This document shows, piece after piece, positions 20,629 to 29,133 of a stretch of 64,000 nt of DNA. The stretch lies in NCBI GenBank assembly GCA_963746845.1, contig CAVVCZ010000005.1:64001-128000 (forward strand), in the 5' to 3' direction. How positions within the stretch are numbered: position 1 is the stretch's first letter; the number at the start of each line of letters is the position of its first letter. The notes below the pieces were generated by a model. The model saw nothing but the letters and a program-made list of their open reading frames with translations. It searched no databases and was not told the origin of the DNA. This stretch comes from an uncultured Chloroflexia bacterium (lineage in GTDB: Bacteria > Chloroflexota > Limnocylindria > Limnocylindrales > CSP1-4). The position numbers and the translations under genes are program-made.

Positions 20629-21309
20629 TCAGCCCTGCGCCGTGACGAGCCCCGACTCGTAGGCGAAGACCACCGCCTGGACGCGGTCCCGCAGCTCGAG
20701 CTTCGCGAGGATGCTCGAGACGTGGGTCTTGACGGTCGCCTCGCCCACGACCAGCTGCTCGGCGATCTCTGCGTTCGTGAGACCTCGCGCGACGAGGACG
20801 AGGACCTCGCGCTCGCGGTCCGTGAGGTGGGCGAGGGGTCCGCGATCCGCGACGGGCGCCGGGGTGGCCGCGACGTACGCTTCGATCAGGCGGCGGGTCA
20901 CGGTCGGTCCGAGGAGCGCGCCGCCGTCGGCGACCGCCCGGACGGCGGCGACGAGGTCGTCGGGCGGGGCGTTCTTCAGGAGGAAGCCGCTGGCGCCGCT
21001 CCGGATCGCCTCGAAGACGTACGCGTCGACCTCGAACGTCGTGAGGATCACGACCCGGGTCGTGGCCCCATCCGGCCCGGACACGATCCGGCGGGTCGCC
21101 TCGAGGCCGTCCGTCCCCGCCATCTGGATGTCCATCAGCACGACGTCCGGTCGCAGGAGGTGGACCGCCTCGATCGCGGCGGCGCCGTCGGCCGCCTCGC
21201 CGACGACGTCGATGTCGTCCTCCGCACCAAGGATCATCCGAAAGCCGCCCCGGACCATCGCCTGATCGTCGACGAGGAGCACCCGGATCCGACGCTCGCC
21301 CGGCATCAC
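20629..21309 (-). CDS. NarL/LuxR-family response regulator
   Basis: LLVDDQ, VLMDIQM, LTDREREVL...GLTNAEIA...TVKTHV. Confidence 0.93.
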   Translation of the reverse strand: MMPGERRIRVLLVDDQAMVRGGFRMILGAEDDIDVVGEAADGAAAIEAVHLLRPDVVLMDIQMAGTDGLEATRRIVSGPDGATTRVVILTTFEVDAYVFEAIRSGASGFLLKNAPPDDLVAAVRAVADGGALLGPTVTRRLIEAYVAATPAPVADRGPLAHLTDREREVLVLVARGLTNAEIAEQLVVGEATVKTHVSSILAKLELRDRVQAVVFAYESGLVTAQG

Positions 21310-22172
21310 GCGGTGCCCGTCATCGGCAGGAGGGCCCGGACGACGAAGCCGCCCTCGGGTCGCGGTCCCGCGGTCAGCTCGCCGCCGAACAGCGCGACGC
21401 GTTCGCGCATCCCCACGATCCCGCGCCCACCGCCGTCGCTGCCGCTGCCGCCGCCCGCTCCCCCGCCGTCGTCGCTGATCAACAGCTCGACGGACCGCTG
21501 GGCGAAGCGGACGCGGACCTCCGCGTTCGTCCCGGGGCCGCCGTGCTTCAAAGCGTTCGTGAGCGCCTCCTGGACGATGCGATAGATCGACAGGTCGAGC
21601 GTCGCCGGGAGGCTGTCCGGCGGTTTGCCCTCGACGAGGAGCTCGACCGGCAGCCCGGCGTCGCGGCTGGCCGAGGCCAGCGCCGGGAGCTGGCCGATGC
21701 CGGGACGGCCCTCGGTCGTGGTCGTGTCGTCCGTCGCGCGGAGCACCCCGAGCAGCTGCTGGAGCTCGACGACAGCCTGCCGGCTCGTGGCCTCGATCGC
21801 CTCGAGCGCGGCGGCGGCTTCGTCGGGTCGCTTGTCGAGGATTCGCCGCGCTCCCGCCGCCTGGACGCCCATCACGCTGACATGATGGGCGACGACATCG
21901 TGGAGCTCCCGGGCGATCCGCAGGCGCTCGTCGATCACGACGCGGCGAGCCTGCTCCTCGCGACCGCGCTGGCGTCGCCGCGACCAGGCGATCAGGGCCG
22001 CGAAGAGCCCGCCGGCGAGGAGCGCGCCGAGGATGTTGACCAACGGGACGGCGTCGTGGGCACCGTTGGCGAACGCGGCAAGCCCGGCCGCGAAGCCGGC
22101 AGAGATCAAGAGCCGATCGAATGCGACCGGATGCTCCGCGATCCGGCGACGGAGGGCGACGAGCGGGCGCAT
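21306..22172 (-). CDS. HisKA_3 sensor histidine kinase, 2 TM, minimal sensor
   Basis: ERLRIARELHDVVAH, YRIVQEALTNALKH, DDG...GRGIVGMRERV. Confidence 0.9.
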   Translation of the reverse strand: MRPLVALRRRIAEHPVAFDRLLISAGFAAGLAAFANGAHDAVPLVNILGALLAGGLFAALIAWSRRRQRGREEQARRVVIDERLRIARELHDVVAHHVSVMGVQAAGARRILDKRPDEAAAALEAIEATSRQAVVELQQLLGVLRATDDTTTTEGRPGIGQLPALASASRDAGLPVELLVEGKPPDSLPATLDLSIYRIVQEALTNALKHGGPGTNAEVRVRFAQRSVELLISDDGGGAGGGSGSDGGGRGIVGMRERVALFGGELTAGPRPEGGFVVRALLPMTGTA

Positions 22173-22208
22173 GGCCAGCGAAGCGTAGGGCACGCTAGGC
22201 TCTGCGCG

Positions 22209-23969
22209 ATGGACCCGTCACGTCGCCGTCTCGACCGTCGTGCATCCGCCGTGATCGCGGTGGCGGTGGCGACGCTCGCGCTGCTCCTCGCACCTGCGGT
22301 CCTGGCCGCGGGACCGCCCTACCCGGATCCGACGCCCGCCGTCCGCGTCTACGACGGCGCGCGGATCTTCCGACCCGACACGATCGCGAAGGTCGAGGCG
22401 ACGATCCGCGGGATCGAGGACCGAACCGGTGCCCAGGTCGTCGTCATGACCCAGGGCGTCGAGGACGGCCGCACGACCGAGGAGGCGGATCAGGACGCCC
22501 GCGCCCTGATGGACCAGTGGGGTGTCGGGCGGAAGGGGTTCGACGACGGGCTCGTGATCCTGTTCGACATGTACCCGGGCAACGAGCACGGACAGGTGAT
22601 CCTGTACGGCGGCCCGGGCTTCCGCGCGACCTTCCTCGACAACGCCGAGAAGCAGCGGATCTTCGACGAGGACATGCTCCCGAAGCTGCGCGGCGGCGAC
22701 TTCGACGGGGCGCTCCTCGCCGCGATCGCGAAGGTCGACGCGGCCGCGACGCCGGAGCATGCGGCGACGCTCGAACGCGGGCGCCAGGTCGACGCCGTCC
22801 TCGGGCTCCTCGTCGCGCCGGTCCTGGCCCTCCTGATCATCGGCCGGGCCCTCTGGTCGTGGCGACGGTACGGCAAGGATCCCGTCTACCTCGACGATCC
22901 GTCGGTCCTGATGGCCGGACCGCCCGAGGCGCTGACCCCGGCGAGCGGCGTCTTCGTCATGGACGGGCATTCGTCGCGGCGGGCCCTCACGAGCGCGATG
23001 CTCGACCTCGCGAGCCGCGGCCGGATCGCGTTCCGCGAGGAGCACGGGCTGTTCGGGATCGGCCGGAAGGTCGGGATCGAGACCAGGCCGCCGGATCCCG
23101 ACGCGAACACGCTCGCCCGTCAGCGGCTCAACGACATCCGTCCGCTCGGCCCGGCCGAGGCCGTCGCCGATCAACGACTTCGCGCGGTCAAGCACGACGT
23201 GACGGGCTACATCGAGCCGGACGACCTGCTCGAGTTCGGATCGGCCGTGGCGGCCTTCGACCGCGCCCTCGAGGCGGAGGTCGTGAAGCGCGGCTGGTAT
23301 GGCGAGAAGCCGTCCGGCGTGATCGCCCGCTGGTCGGTCCGCGGCGTGATCCTCGCGATCCTCGGCGGGGTGGGCGTCTTCATCGGGTTCAGCCTCCCGT
23401 TCAACGGCCTGCTCGTCCTCGGCATCGCCCTCGTCGTCGCCGGGATCGCCGTTCTCCTCATCGGGCGACAGATGCCATCGGTCACGCTGCCGGGCGCGAT
23501 GATCCGGGCGATGCTCGCCGCCTACCGGCGCACGTTGAAGAAGACGATGGACGCGGCCCGCTCGATGGACCAGGTCGTCGCGGAAGCGGGGCTCCCGTGG
23601 CTCACGACGCCGGATCAGGCGGTCGTGTGGGGAACCGCGCTCGGACTGCACGCCGAGATCGAGAACGTGCTCGAGCGAAGCCTCGAGGACCAGCGCGAGG
23701 GTCGCGTCGCCGCCGGGTCCACGTGGCTACCGGTGTGGTACGGCACGAACGCGGGCGGCGCCGGGTTCCAGAGCGCCGGGGACTTCGCCGGGTCCGGGGC
23801 GGGCAGCGGCGGGGTCTTCTCCAGCTCGGCGATCCCGAACATCGGCGGGATGATGGCGGCGCTAGGGACGATCGGGAACTCGCCGTCGTCGTCGGGTGGC
23901 GGCGGGGGCGGGGGGTTCGGTGGCGGCGGTTCGGGCGGCGGCGGAGGCGGATCCGGCGGCGGGTTCTAG
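22209..23969 (+). CDS. TPM domain + DUF2207-like membrane protein with Gly-rich tail
   Basis: Signal peptide, TGAQVVV, QWGVGRKGFDDGLVIL (TPM); PPEALTPA...MLDLASRGRI; SSSGGGGGGGFGGGGSGGGGGG C-terminus. Confidence 0.8.
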   Translation: MDPSRRRLDRRASAVIAVAVATLALLLAPAVLAAGPPYPDPTPAVRVYDGARIFRPDTIAKVEATIRGIEDRTGAQVVVMTQGVEDGRTTEEADQDARALMDQWGVGRKGFDDGLVILFDMYPGNEHGQVILYGGPGFRATFLDNAEKQRIFDEDMLPKLRGGDFDGALLAAIAKVDAAATPEHAATLERGRQVDAVLGLLVAPVLALLIIGRALWSWRRYGKDPVYLDDPSVLMAGPPEALTPASGVFVMDGHSSRRALTSAMLDLASRGRIAFREEHGLFGIGRKVGIETRPPDPDANTLARQRLNDIRPLGPAEAVADQRLRAVKHDVTGYIEPDDLLEFGSAVAAFDRALEAEVVKRGWYGEKPSGVIARWSVRGVILAILGGVGVFIGFSLPFNGLLVLGIALVVAGIAVLLIGRQMPSVTLPGAMIRAMLAAYRRTLKKTMDAARSMDQVVAEAGLPWLTTPDQAVVWGTALGLHAEIENVLERSLEDQREGRVAAGSTWLPVWYGTNAGGAGFQSAGDFAGSGAGSGGVFSSSAIPNIGGMMAALGTIGNSPSSSGGGGGGGFGGGGSGGGGGGSGGGF

Positions 23970-25219
23970 ACCCGCGTCTCGGACGCCGCGACGGCGATCT
24001 CGCCGAGCGCCGCAGCCAGACGCTCCACGTCGTCCGGCCCGTTGTGCAGCGCGCTCGAGATCCGGATCAGGCGGCGGGCCGGTTCCCGCGATTCCGCAGC
24101 CGGCACCGGCCACGGATAGATCGGGACCTCGATCCGGTAGTCGTCGATCAGGCGCTGCTGCAACGGGTCGGTGTCGAGCGGCGAGGAGCCGCCACCCGCG
24201 GTCGCGAGCGGGCCTTCCCGGGGCAGCGGCAGCGCAACCATCGAGCCGAACATCGACGCGGGCGCAGCAACGGCCGGCGCGCGTCTGAGCGCCCGGGCCA
24301 TCACCTCCCGGGCCGTCTCGGACAGACGGTGGTTCCGCTCCATCACGGCCGGCCACCCGCCGTCGAGCAACCCGCCGACGAAGGTCAGTGCATCGGGGAC
24401 CGCGAGCCATGGGGTCGGGTCCAGCGTGCCCTGCCAGTCGAACTCGGCTCGGTACCGGGTCGGCGCGCCACGCTCGCCGAGGGTCGCGTTGGCGCCGTGC
24501 GAGATCGTCGTGGGCCGGAGCCCTGGCTGGCGGTCGCGCCGGGCGTGGAGGAAGCCTGCGCCCTTCGGCGCGCACACCCACTTGTGGAGGTTGCCGGTGT
24601 ACCACGCCGCCCCGATCGCCTCGAGGTCGAGCGGCACCATCCCGGGCGCGTGTGCGCCGTCGACGAGGGTCTCGATGCCGCGCGCGGCGAGAGCGGCCAC
24701 CAGCCGCCGCACGGGGAACACGAGCGCGGTCGGGCTCGTGACGTGGCTGAAGACGGCCAGCCGCGTCCGGTCCGTGGCCGCGCCAAGGATCGCCTCGACG
24801 ACGTCGTCCTCGCCCGCGACCGGGAACGGGATCCGGGCGACGACGACCCGGGCGCCGTCCCGCTCGGCGACATGCCGGAGGATGTTGATGATCGCGTTGT
24901 ACTCGTGGTCGTCGGTGAGCAGCTCGTCGCCCGGCGCGAACCGGAGCGAGCGCACGACCGCGTTGACGCCACCCGTCGCGTTGGCGACGAACGCGAGATC
25001 GTCCGGATCGGCGCCGACGAAGGCGCCCAGTGCGGCGCGTGCCCGGGCCAGCTCGCCGGGCAGGTCCCGCGCGAGGAACTGGACCGGTCGCGCCTCGAGC
25101 CGATCCCGCCACGCGCGCTGCGCCTCCAGGACGGGCAGCGGGCACGACCCGAACGAGCCGTGATTCAGGAACGTGATCGACGGGTCCAGCGGCCAGAGGG
25201 GGGCCAGGTCCGACGGCAT
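23966..25219 (-). CDS. Class V PLP enzyme (isopenicillin-N epimerase / cysteine desulfhydrase / EgtE-like)
   Basis: FLNHGSFGSCP, SHVTSPTA, VDGAHAPG, TGNLHKWVCAPKG, WQGTLDPT. Confidence 0.85.
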   Translation of the reverse strand: MPSDLAPLWPLDPSITFLNHGSFGSCPLPVLEAQRAWRDRLEARPVQFLARDLPGELARARAALGAFVGADPDDLAFVANATGGVNAVVRSLRFAPGDELLTDDHEYNAIINILRHVAERDGARVVVARIPFPVAGEDDVVEAILGAATDRTRLAVFSHVTSPTALVFPVRRLVAALAARGIETLVDGAHAPGMVPLDLEAIGAAWYTGNLHKWVCAPKGAGFLHARRDRQPGLRPTTISHGANATLGERGAPTRYRAEFDWQGTLDPTPWLAVPDALTFVGGLLDGGWPAVMERNHRLSETAREVMARALRRAPAVAAPASMFGSMVALPLPREGPLATAGGGSSPLDTDPLQQRLIDDYRIEVPIYPWPVPAAESREPARRLIRISSALHNGPDDVERLAAALGEIAVAASETRV

Positions 25220-25248
25220 GGCCGGATCATGACGGGTACACTCGGGAC

Positions 25249-25578
25249 GTGGGTGCCGTCGACACGATGGAGAGCTTCTTCGAGCTGTTGAACGCAGGCG
25301 AGCGCGAGGCAGCCGTGGGGCTGATGGCGGAGAACGCCGAGATGCGGATCCATGTCGGCGACAGCGCGCAGACCCTGCGCGGCGTCGACCGCGTCGGCGG
25401 CTGGTTCCTCCGCGGCGACGCCGGGCTCCGGATGATTCCGGGCGAGGTCCGCGACACCGGCAACACCTATGAGGCGGACGTCCTCGTCGTGCGCCCGGGG
25501 GCGCCGTCGCTCCACCTCGACGCGACGTTCCGCGTGGAGGCCGGCAAGATCACCTCGATCAACCTCGCGCCGCGATAG
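25249..25578 (+). CDS. Small hypothetical protein, NTF2/SnoaL-like
   Basis: FFELLNAGEREAAVGLMAENAE...ATFRVEAGKITSI pattern typical of SnoaL fold; TACACT -10 6 nt upstream. Confidence 0.65.
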   Translation: MGAVDTMESFFELLNAGEREAAVGLMAENAEMRIHVGDSAQTLRGVDRVGGWFLRGDAGLRMIPGEVRDTGNTYEADVLVVRPGAPSLHLDATFRVEAGKITSINLAPR

Positions 25579-25617
25579 GCGCGCTCGGCGTCGACGACTC
25601 CGCCGGCTGCCCGGGTG

Positions 25618-26925
25618 TCAGGGGGCCGGGGAGCGAGCCGGGGACCGAGCGGCCGATGGCGCCGGCGCCGCGGCCGACTCGCTCGGGAGCGGGATCACGA
25701 TCTGCTGGCCCTCGGTCACCTTGTTCGGGTTCTTGATCGCCGGGTTCGCGGCGAGCAGCTCGTCGAGGGTCAGGCCATGGGCCTTCGCGATCTTTGTGAG
25801 CGTGTCGCCCTTCTTCACCGTGTAGACGAGGGGAGTCGGGGCCGGGGGCGGGGTCGGCTCGAAGGACGGCTTCACGGACCCCGACGGCGAAGGGCTGGCG
25901 CCGGGCGCCGAGCCGGTCCCGCCGAAGTTGAGCAGGCTCGGGAGGAAGAGCAGGAAGATCGCGAGCAGGCCCACGGCAACCGCCATGAAGACGATCCGGG
26001 GGATCTCGGGCATCCCGATCCGGGTCCTGATCGTCGGGTAGGCCTCGTAGCGCTTCGGCTGCTCCCAGTCCGGACCGTTCGGGCCACCGAGATGCTGGTC
26101 GTACGCGCGCGGCCGGCGCGGGACGCGACCGGGGGGCGCCTCGACGCTCGCGTACTCGTCCGGCACCGCCGGCCGAGCGGAGCCCGAGCCGGACGAGAAG
26201 GCCGGGGACGAGCCGGTGGCGGCAGCACCGACGGCCGCGCCGGTTGCGGCCTCGCCCCACAGCTCCTCCACCTGCTCCGTTCGCCGACTCGGTGGCGGAC
26301 CGCCGGCGAGTTGATCGGCCGCGCTGCCCGCGAGCCCCGCCCCGGGCTCCGGCTGCCGGCCGAGGAACGCCGGCGCCTCCGCGTCGACGCTCTGGCGGCG
26401 CGCTTCGTTCGAGGCCAGCCAGGGGGGCGGCGCCGCCCAGTCGCGCGGGGGGTTCCGCTGGACCGGCTCGTCGCCCCGGTCGGCCGTCGACGCCAGGTCG
26501 TCATCGCCGGTCTCGTCGTCACCCGGGACCGGGCTCGTCGCCGAGGCCGCCGATGCAGGCGCGGGAGCGGGTCGAACCGCCTCGTCGGGAGGTGGCGGGG
26601 TGACGTCGTCGGTGGGCGCGCTCGCGGCGCCGGCCGCGGCCGGCGCCGGGGCGTCCGCACCGCCGGCCGCCGCGGCCGCGGCCGCCTGGTCGCGCGCCCG
26701 GGCGGCCTCGCGCCGGGCCCAGCTCTGGAAGGTCGGACACACCGGGAACGCGGTCGAGAGGCAGTAGGCCTCCTGGTGGGCGAGGGCGCGCGGCGCCGGA
26801 TACTGCTCGGCGTAGCAGCGATGGCGATGATCCGGAGCGGACGCGCGCTCGTCGCGATCGTCCTCGAAGGCGACGAAGGGACAGGCCGTGGCGCCGTCCG
26901 CGAGGGGCAGTCCGCGTTCCGTCAC
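25618..26925 (-). CDS. Membrane-anchored LysM protein with N-terminal Cys/His motif
   Basis: C-terminal YTVKKGDTLTKIAKAHGLTLDELLAANPAIKNPNKVTEGQQIVIP; one TM; N-terminal CPF...HRC...C...CP. Confidence 0.85.
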   Translation of the reverse strand: MTERGLPLADGATACPFVAFEDDRDERASAPDHRHRCYAEQYPAPRALAHQEAYCLSTAFPVCPTFQSWARREAARARDQAAAAAAAGGADAPAPAAAGAASAPTDDVTPPPPDEAVRPAPAPASAASATSPVPGDDETGDDDLASTADRGDEPVQRNPPRDWAAPPPWLASNEARRQSVDAEAPAFLGRQPEPGAGLAGSAADQLAGGPPPSRRTEQVEELWGEAATGAAVGAAATGSSPAFSSGSGSARPAVPDEYASVEAPPGRVPRRPRAYDQHLGGPNGPDWEQPKRYEAYPTIRTRIGMPEIPRIVFMAVAVGLLAIFLLFLPSLLNFGGTGSAPGASPSPSGSVKPSFEPTPPPAPTPLVYTVKKGDTLTKIAKAHGLTLDELLAANPAIKNPNKVTEGQQIVIPLPSESAAAPAPSAARSPARSPAP

Positions 26926-26946
26926 CACCCGATGATACCGGCCCGG

Positions 26947-27744
26947 TCAGCCCTCGGAGGCCGGTCGGCCGGCGGGGCGAGGCACCGGCTGCGGCCCACC
27001 CGGTGGCGGGGCCGGCGGACGGCCGTCCGCTCCGCCGATCCCGAGCATGATCGTGTTCCCGCTCGAGGCGCCGAGCTGCTGGATCACGCGCAGCTGGAGG
27101 AGCCCGGGGTTGTCGTCGAGCAGCCGGCCGGCATTCGCCAGCGATCGGAGGGCCGCCCCCTCGCCGCGCGCGCGCTCGAGCGCCGCCTCGCCCTCCCGGC
27201 GGGCCGCGACGATCCCCGCGTACGCCCGCTTCAGCTCGCCGGGGACCATGACGTCCCGGACGTCGACGCCGAGCAGCTCGACCCCGATCCGGGCGATCTC
27301 GCTGGCGACCTCCGTCGCGATCGCCGGGCCGATCGCGGCCCGTGAGGCAAGGACGTCATCGGCCGTCCGGCCGGCGATCGCATCGCGCAGACCGGTATGC
27401 AGGGCGGCGTACAGCGCCGCGAGCCAGCTCTGGTCGTTGGTCATCGCGGCGATCGGGTCGGCGACGACGTAGCGCGCGGTGAGGCTGACCTTCAGGGCCA
27501 CGCCATCGGCGGTCAGGATCTCCTGCCCCGGGACCGTGATCAGCGAGGGCCGGGCGTCCAGCAGCTGGATCTCGGTGATCGGCTTGATGACGACGTGCGT
27601 CCCGGTCGACAGGAGACCGACGAGCTTGCCCTGCCGGTAGTGGAGACCGCGCTGATAGTCGCGAACCGTGATGACGGTGACGAAGAGCCGGACGAGCACG
27701 ACCGCGATCACCACGAGCACGATCAGGACGATGATCCCTTCCAA
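26947..27744 (-). CDS. SPFH/band-7 slipin-family protein
   Basis: GQEILTADGVALKVS, VDVRDVMVPGELK, ALERARGEGAALRSLANAGRLLDDNPGLLQLR; TTG 27744 after GGAGGA. Confidence 0.88.
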   Translation of the reverse strand: MEGIIVLIVLVVIAVVLVRLFVTVITVRDYQRGLHYRQGKLVGLLSTGTHVVIKPITEIQLLDARPSLITVPGQEILTADGVALKVSLTARYVVADPIAAMTNDQSWLAALYAALHTGLRDAIAGRTADDVLASRAAIGPAIATEVASEIARIGVELLGVDVRDVMVPGELKRAYAGIVAARREGEAALERARGEGAALRSLANAGRLLDDNPGLLQLRVIQQLGASSGNTIMLGIGGADGRPPAPPPGGPQPVPRPAGRPASEG

Positions 27745-27779
27745 GCGATCCTCCGCTTCAACCCCGGTCCGGGTGGTCG

Positions 27780-27996
27780 GTGCCCGTCGTCTGCCAGCCC
27801 CGTGAAGGGTTGACCCGCCGCGCCGGATCCCGGAACGACAGCGGAGGCACGAAGCCTGCAGGGCCGGCATTCCGGTCGCCTCGAGGGCCAGACCCGAGCG
27901 CGACGGGGTTGGTGCAGGATTCGAACCTGCTCAGCCACATGCGACCGGTGCAGGACAACCGCCGGCGATGCCGGCCAGACGCTGACGAGGGCCGCG
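27780..27996 (-). ncRNA. Candidate structured tRNA-mimic RNA (Y-RNA/YrlA-like) in the slipin leader
   Basis: Perfect T-arm GCAGG-TTCGAAT-CCTGC (27930-27914) nested in helices CCGGTCGC/GCGACCGG and GGCCGGCAT/ATGCCGGCC, terminal pairing CGTCTG/CAGACG; TAGCAT -10 at 28007-28002. Confidence 0.55.
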
Positions 27997-28083
27997 CCAC
28001 GATGCTAGACGAGGCCGGGCATCGAGGCAACGCGGTCCACACCACCCGACCCGGGGGCCGGCGCCGCCCGAACCGGCACGCGT

Positions 28084-28112
28084 TTGACAGCCGACCGGCG
28101 CGCTCCGAGACT
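28084..28112 (+). promoter_or_regulatory. sigma70-type promoter for sodN
   Basis: TTGACA (28084-28089), 17 nt spacer, GAGACT (28107-28112). Confidence 0.55.
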
Positions 28113-28182
28113 CCGAGTCACCGCACCGGACCGCATGATCGACGCGATCCCGCGAACCTTCCAGTGCCCACGAAGGAGACCC

Positions 28183-28614
28183 ATGACCCGATTCAGCGGC
28201 ATCCTCGCCCCGAAGACGACCGTCCATGCCCATTGCGACCTGCCGTGCGGGGTCTACGACCCGGAGCAGGCGCGGATCGAGGCCGAGTCGGTCTATCGGA
28301 TCATCGAGAAGGCGAACGCCCAGAGCGACCCCACGTACACGACGCGCGCGATCGCGATCAAGGAGAAGCAGGCGGAGCTCGTCAAGCAGCACCTCGACGT
28401 GCTCTGGCACGACTACTTCAAGCCGGAGCACCTCGAGAAGGTCCCGAACCTCCACGAGCTGTTCTGGACGGCGAACAAGCAGGTCAGCAAGGTGAAGGCA
28501 GGTCTGGACCTCGCCGAGGCGAAGAAGCTCCTCGACATGATCGACGAGATCGACGCCGCCTGGAAGGCGACCGGCGGCGAGGAGAAGACCCGGGTCGCCG
28601 GACGGCCCTCCTGA
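28183..28614 (+). CDS. sodN: Nickel superoxide dismutase precursor
   Basis: 16-aa leader then Ni-hook HCDLPCGVYDP; VLWHDYFKPEH; RBS AAGGAG. Confidence 0.96.
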   Translation: MTRFSGILAPKTTVHAHCDLPCGVYDPEQARIEAESVYRIIEKANAQSDPTYTTRAIAIKEKQAELVKQHLDVLWHDYFKPEHLEKVPNLHELFWTANKQVSKVKAGLDLAEAKKLLDMIDEIDAAWKATGGEEKTRVAGRPS

Positions 28615-28624
28615 CGCTCTCCTC

Positions 28625-29098
28625 GTGACCGAACCGGAGCCCCGCCGCGAGGCGGGGCTTCGTCCCGTCCGTGGCACGCCGCGCCGGGCGACGCTGGGCG
28701 AGCGGATCCGCGGCCCGTGGCGGGTCGCGGTCCGGGAGCGCTCGATGGCGCCCGCGATCCAGCCCGGCGACTGGCTGCTCGTCGATCCGACCGTCGCCCG
28801 TTGGCCGCGCCGCGGCTCGATCGTCGTCTTCCGCGAGCCCGACGGCGACCTCCTGGCGATCAAGCGCGTCGCGGCGGGTCCGGGCGACCGCGTCCGCCTC
28901 GACGCCGGCCATCTCGTCCTCGGCCCGGACGAGGCGTGGCTCCTCTCGGACGCGCCGCTCGCGACGCTCCTCGACGAGGGCGCGGGCGCGCCGATCGACT
29001 CGCGCCGGTACGGACCCGTGACCATCGACTGCCTCGTGGGGCGCGCCTGGTTCCGCTATGGTCCGGTCGGCCGGATGGGTCGACTGTCCGGCCGGTAG
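28625..29098 (+). CDS. sodX: NiSOD maturation protease (S26 family)
   Basis: SMAPAIQPGDWLLV, LAIKRV, DSRRYGPV; directly downstream of sodN. Confidence 0.85.
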   Translation: MTEPEPRREAGLRPVRGTPRRATLGERIRGPWRVAVRERSMAPAIQPGDWLLVDPTVARWPRRGSIVVFREPDGDLLAIKRVAAGPGDRVRLDAGHLVLGPDEAWLLSDAPLATLLDEGAGAPIDSRRYGPVTIDCLVGRAWFRYGPVGRMGRLSGR

Positions 29099-29133
29099 CG
29101 TCGGAGCCGAACGGGCTCCAGGGAGGTCGCCCA

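Noticed and set aside
23890-23966. G-rich GGC repeat tract as a G-quadruplex or repeat element
   Set aside because: Explained by the Gly-rich C-terminal tail of the TPM/DUF2207 protein.
27907-27930. att site of an integrated element
   Set aside because: No integrase, second copy or compositional shift in the window; cannot be fully excluded without the rest of the genome.
27907-27960. Canonical tRNA gene around the GGTTCGAATCC T-loop
   Set aside because: Only 5 of 7 acceptor pairs are possible, the span is about 54 nt, and there is no D-loop GG or anticodon arm. Treated as a tRNA-like element instead.
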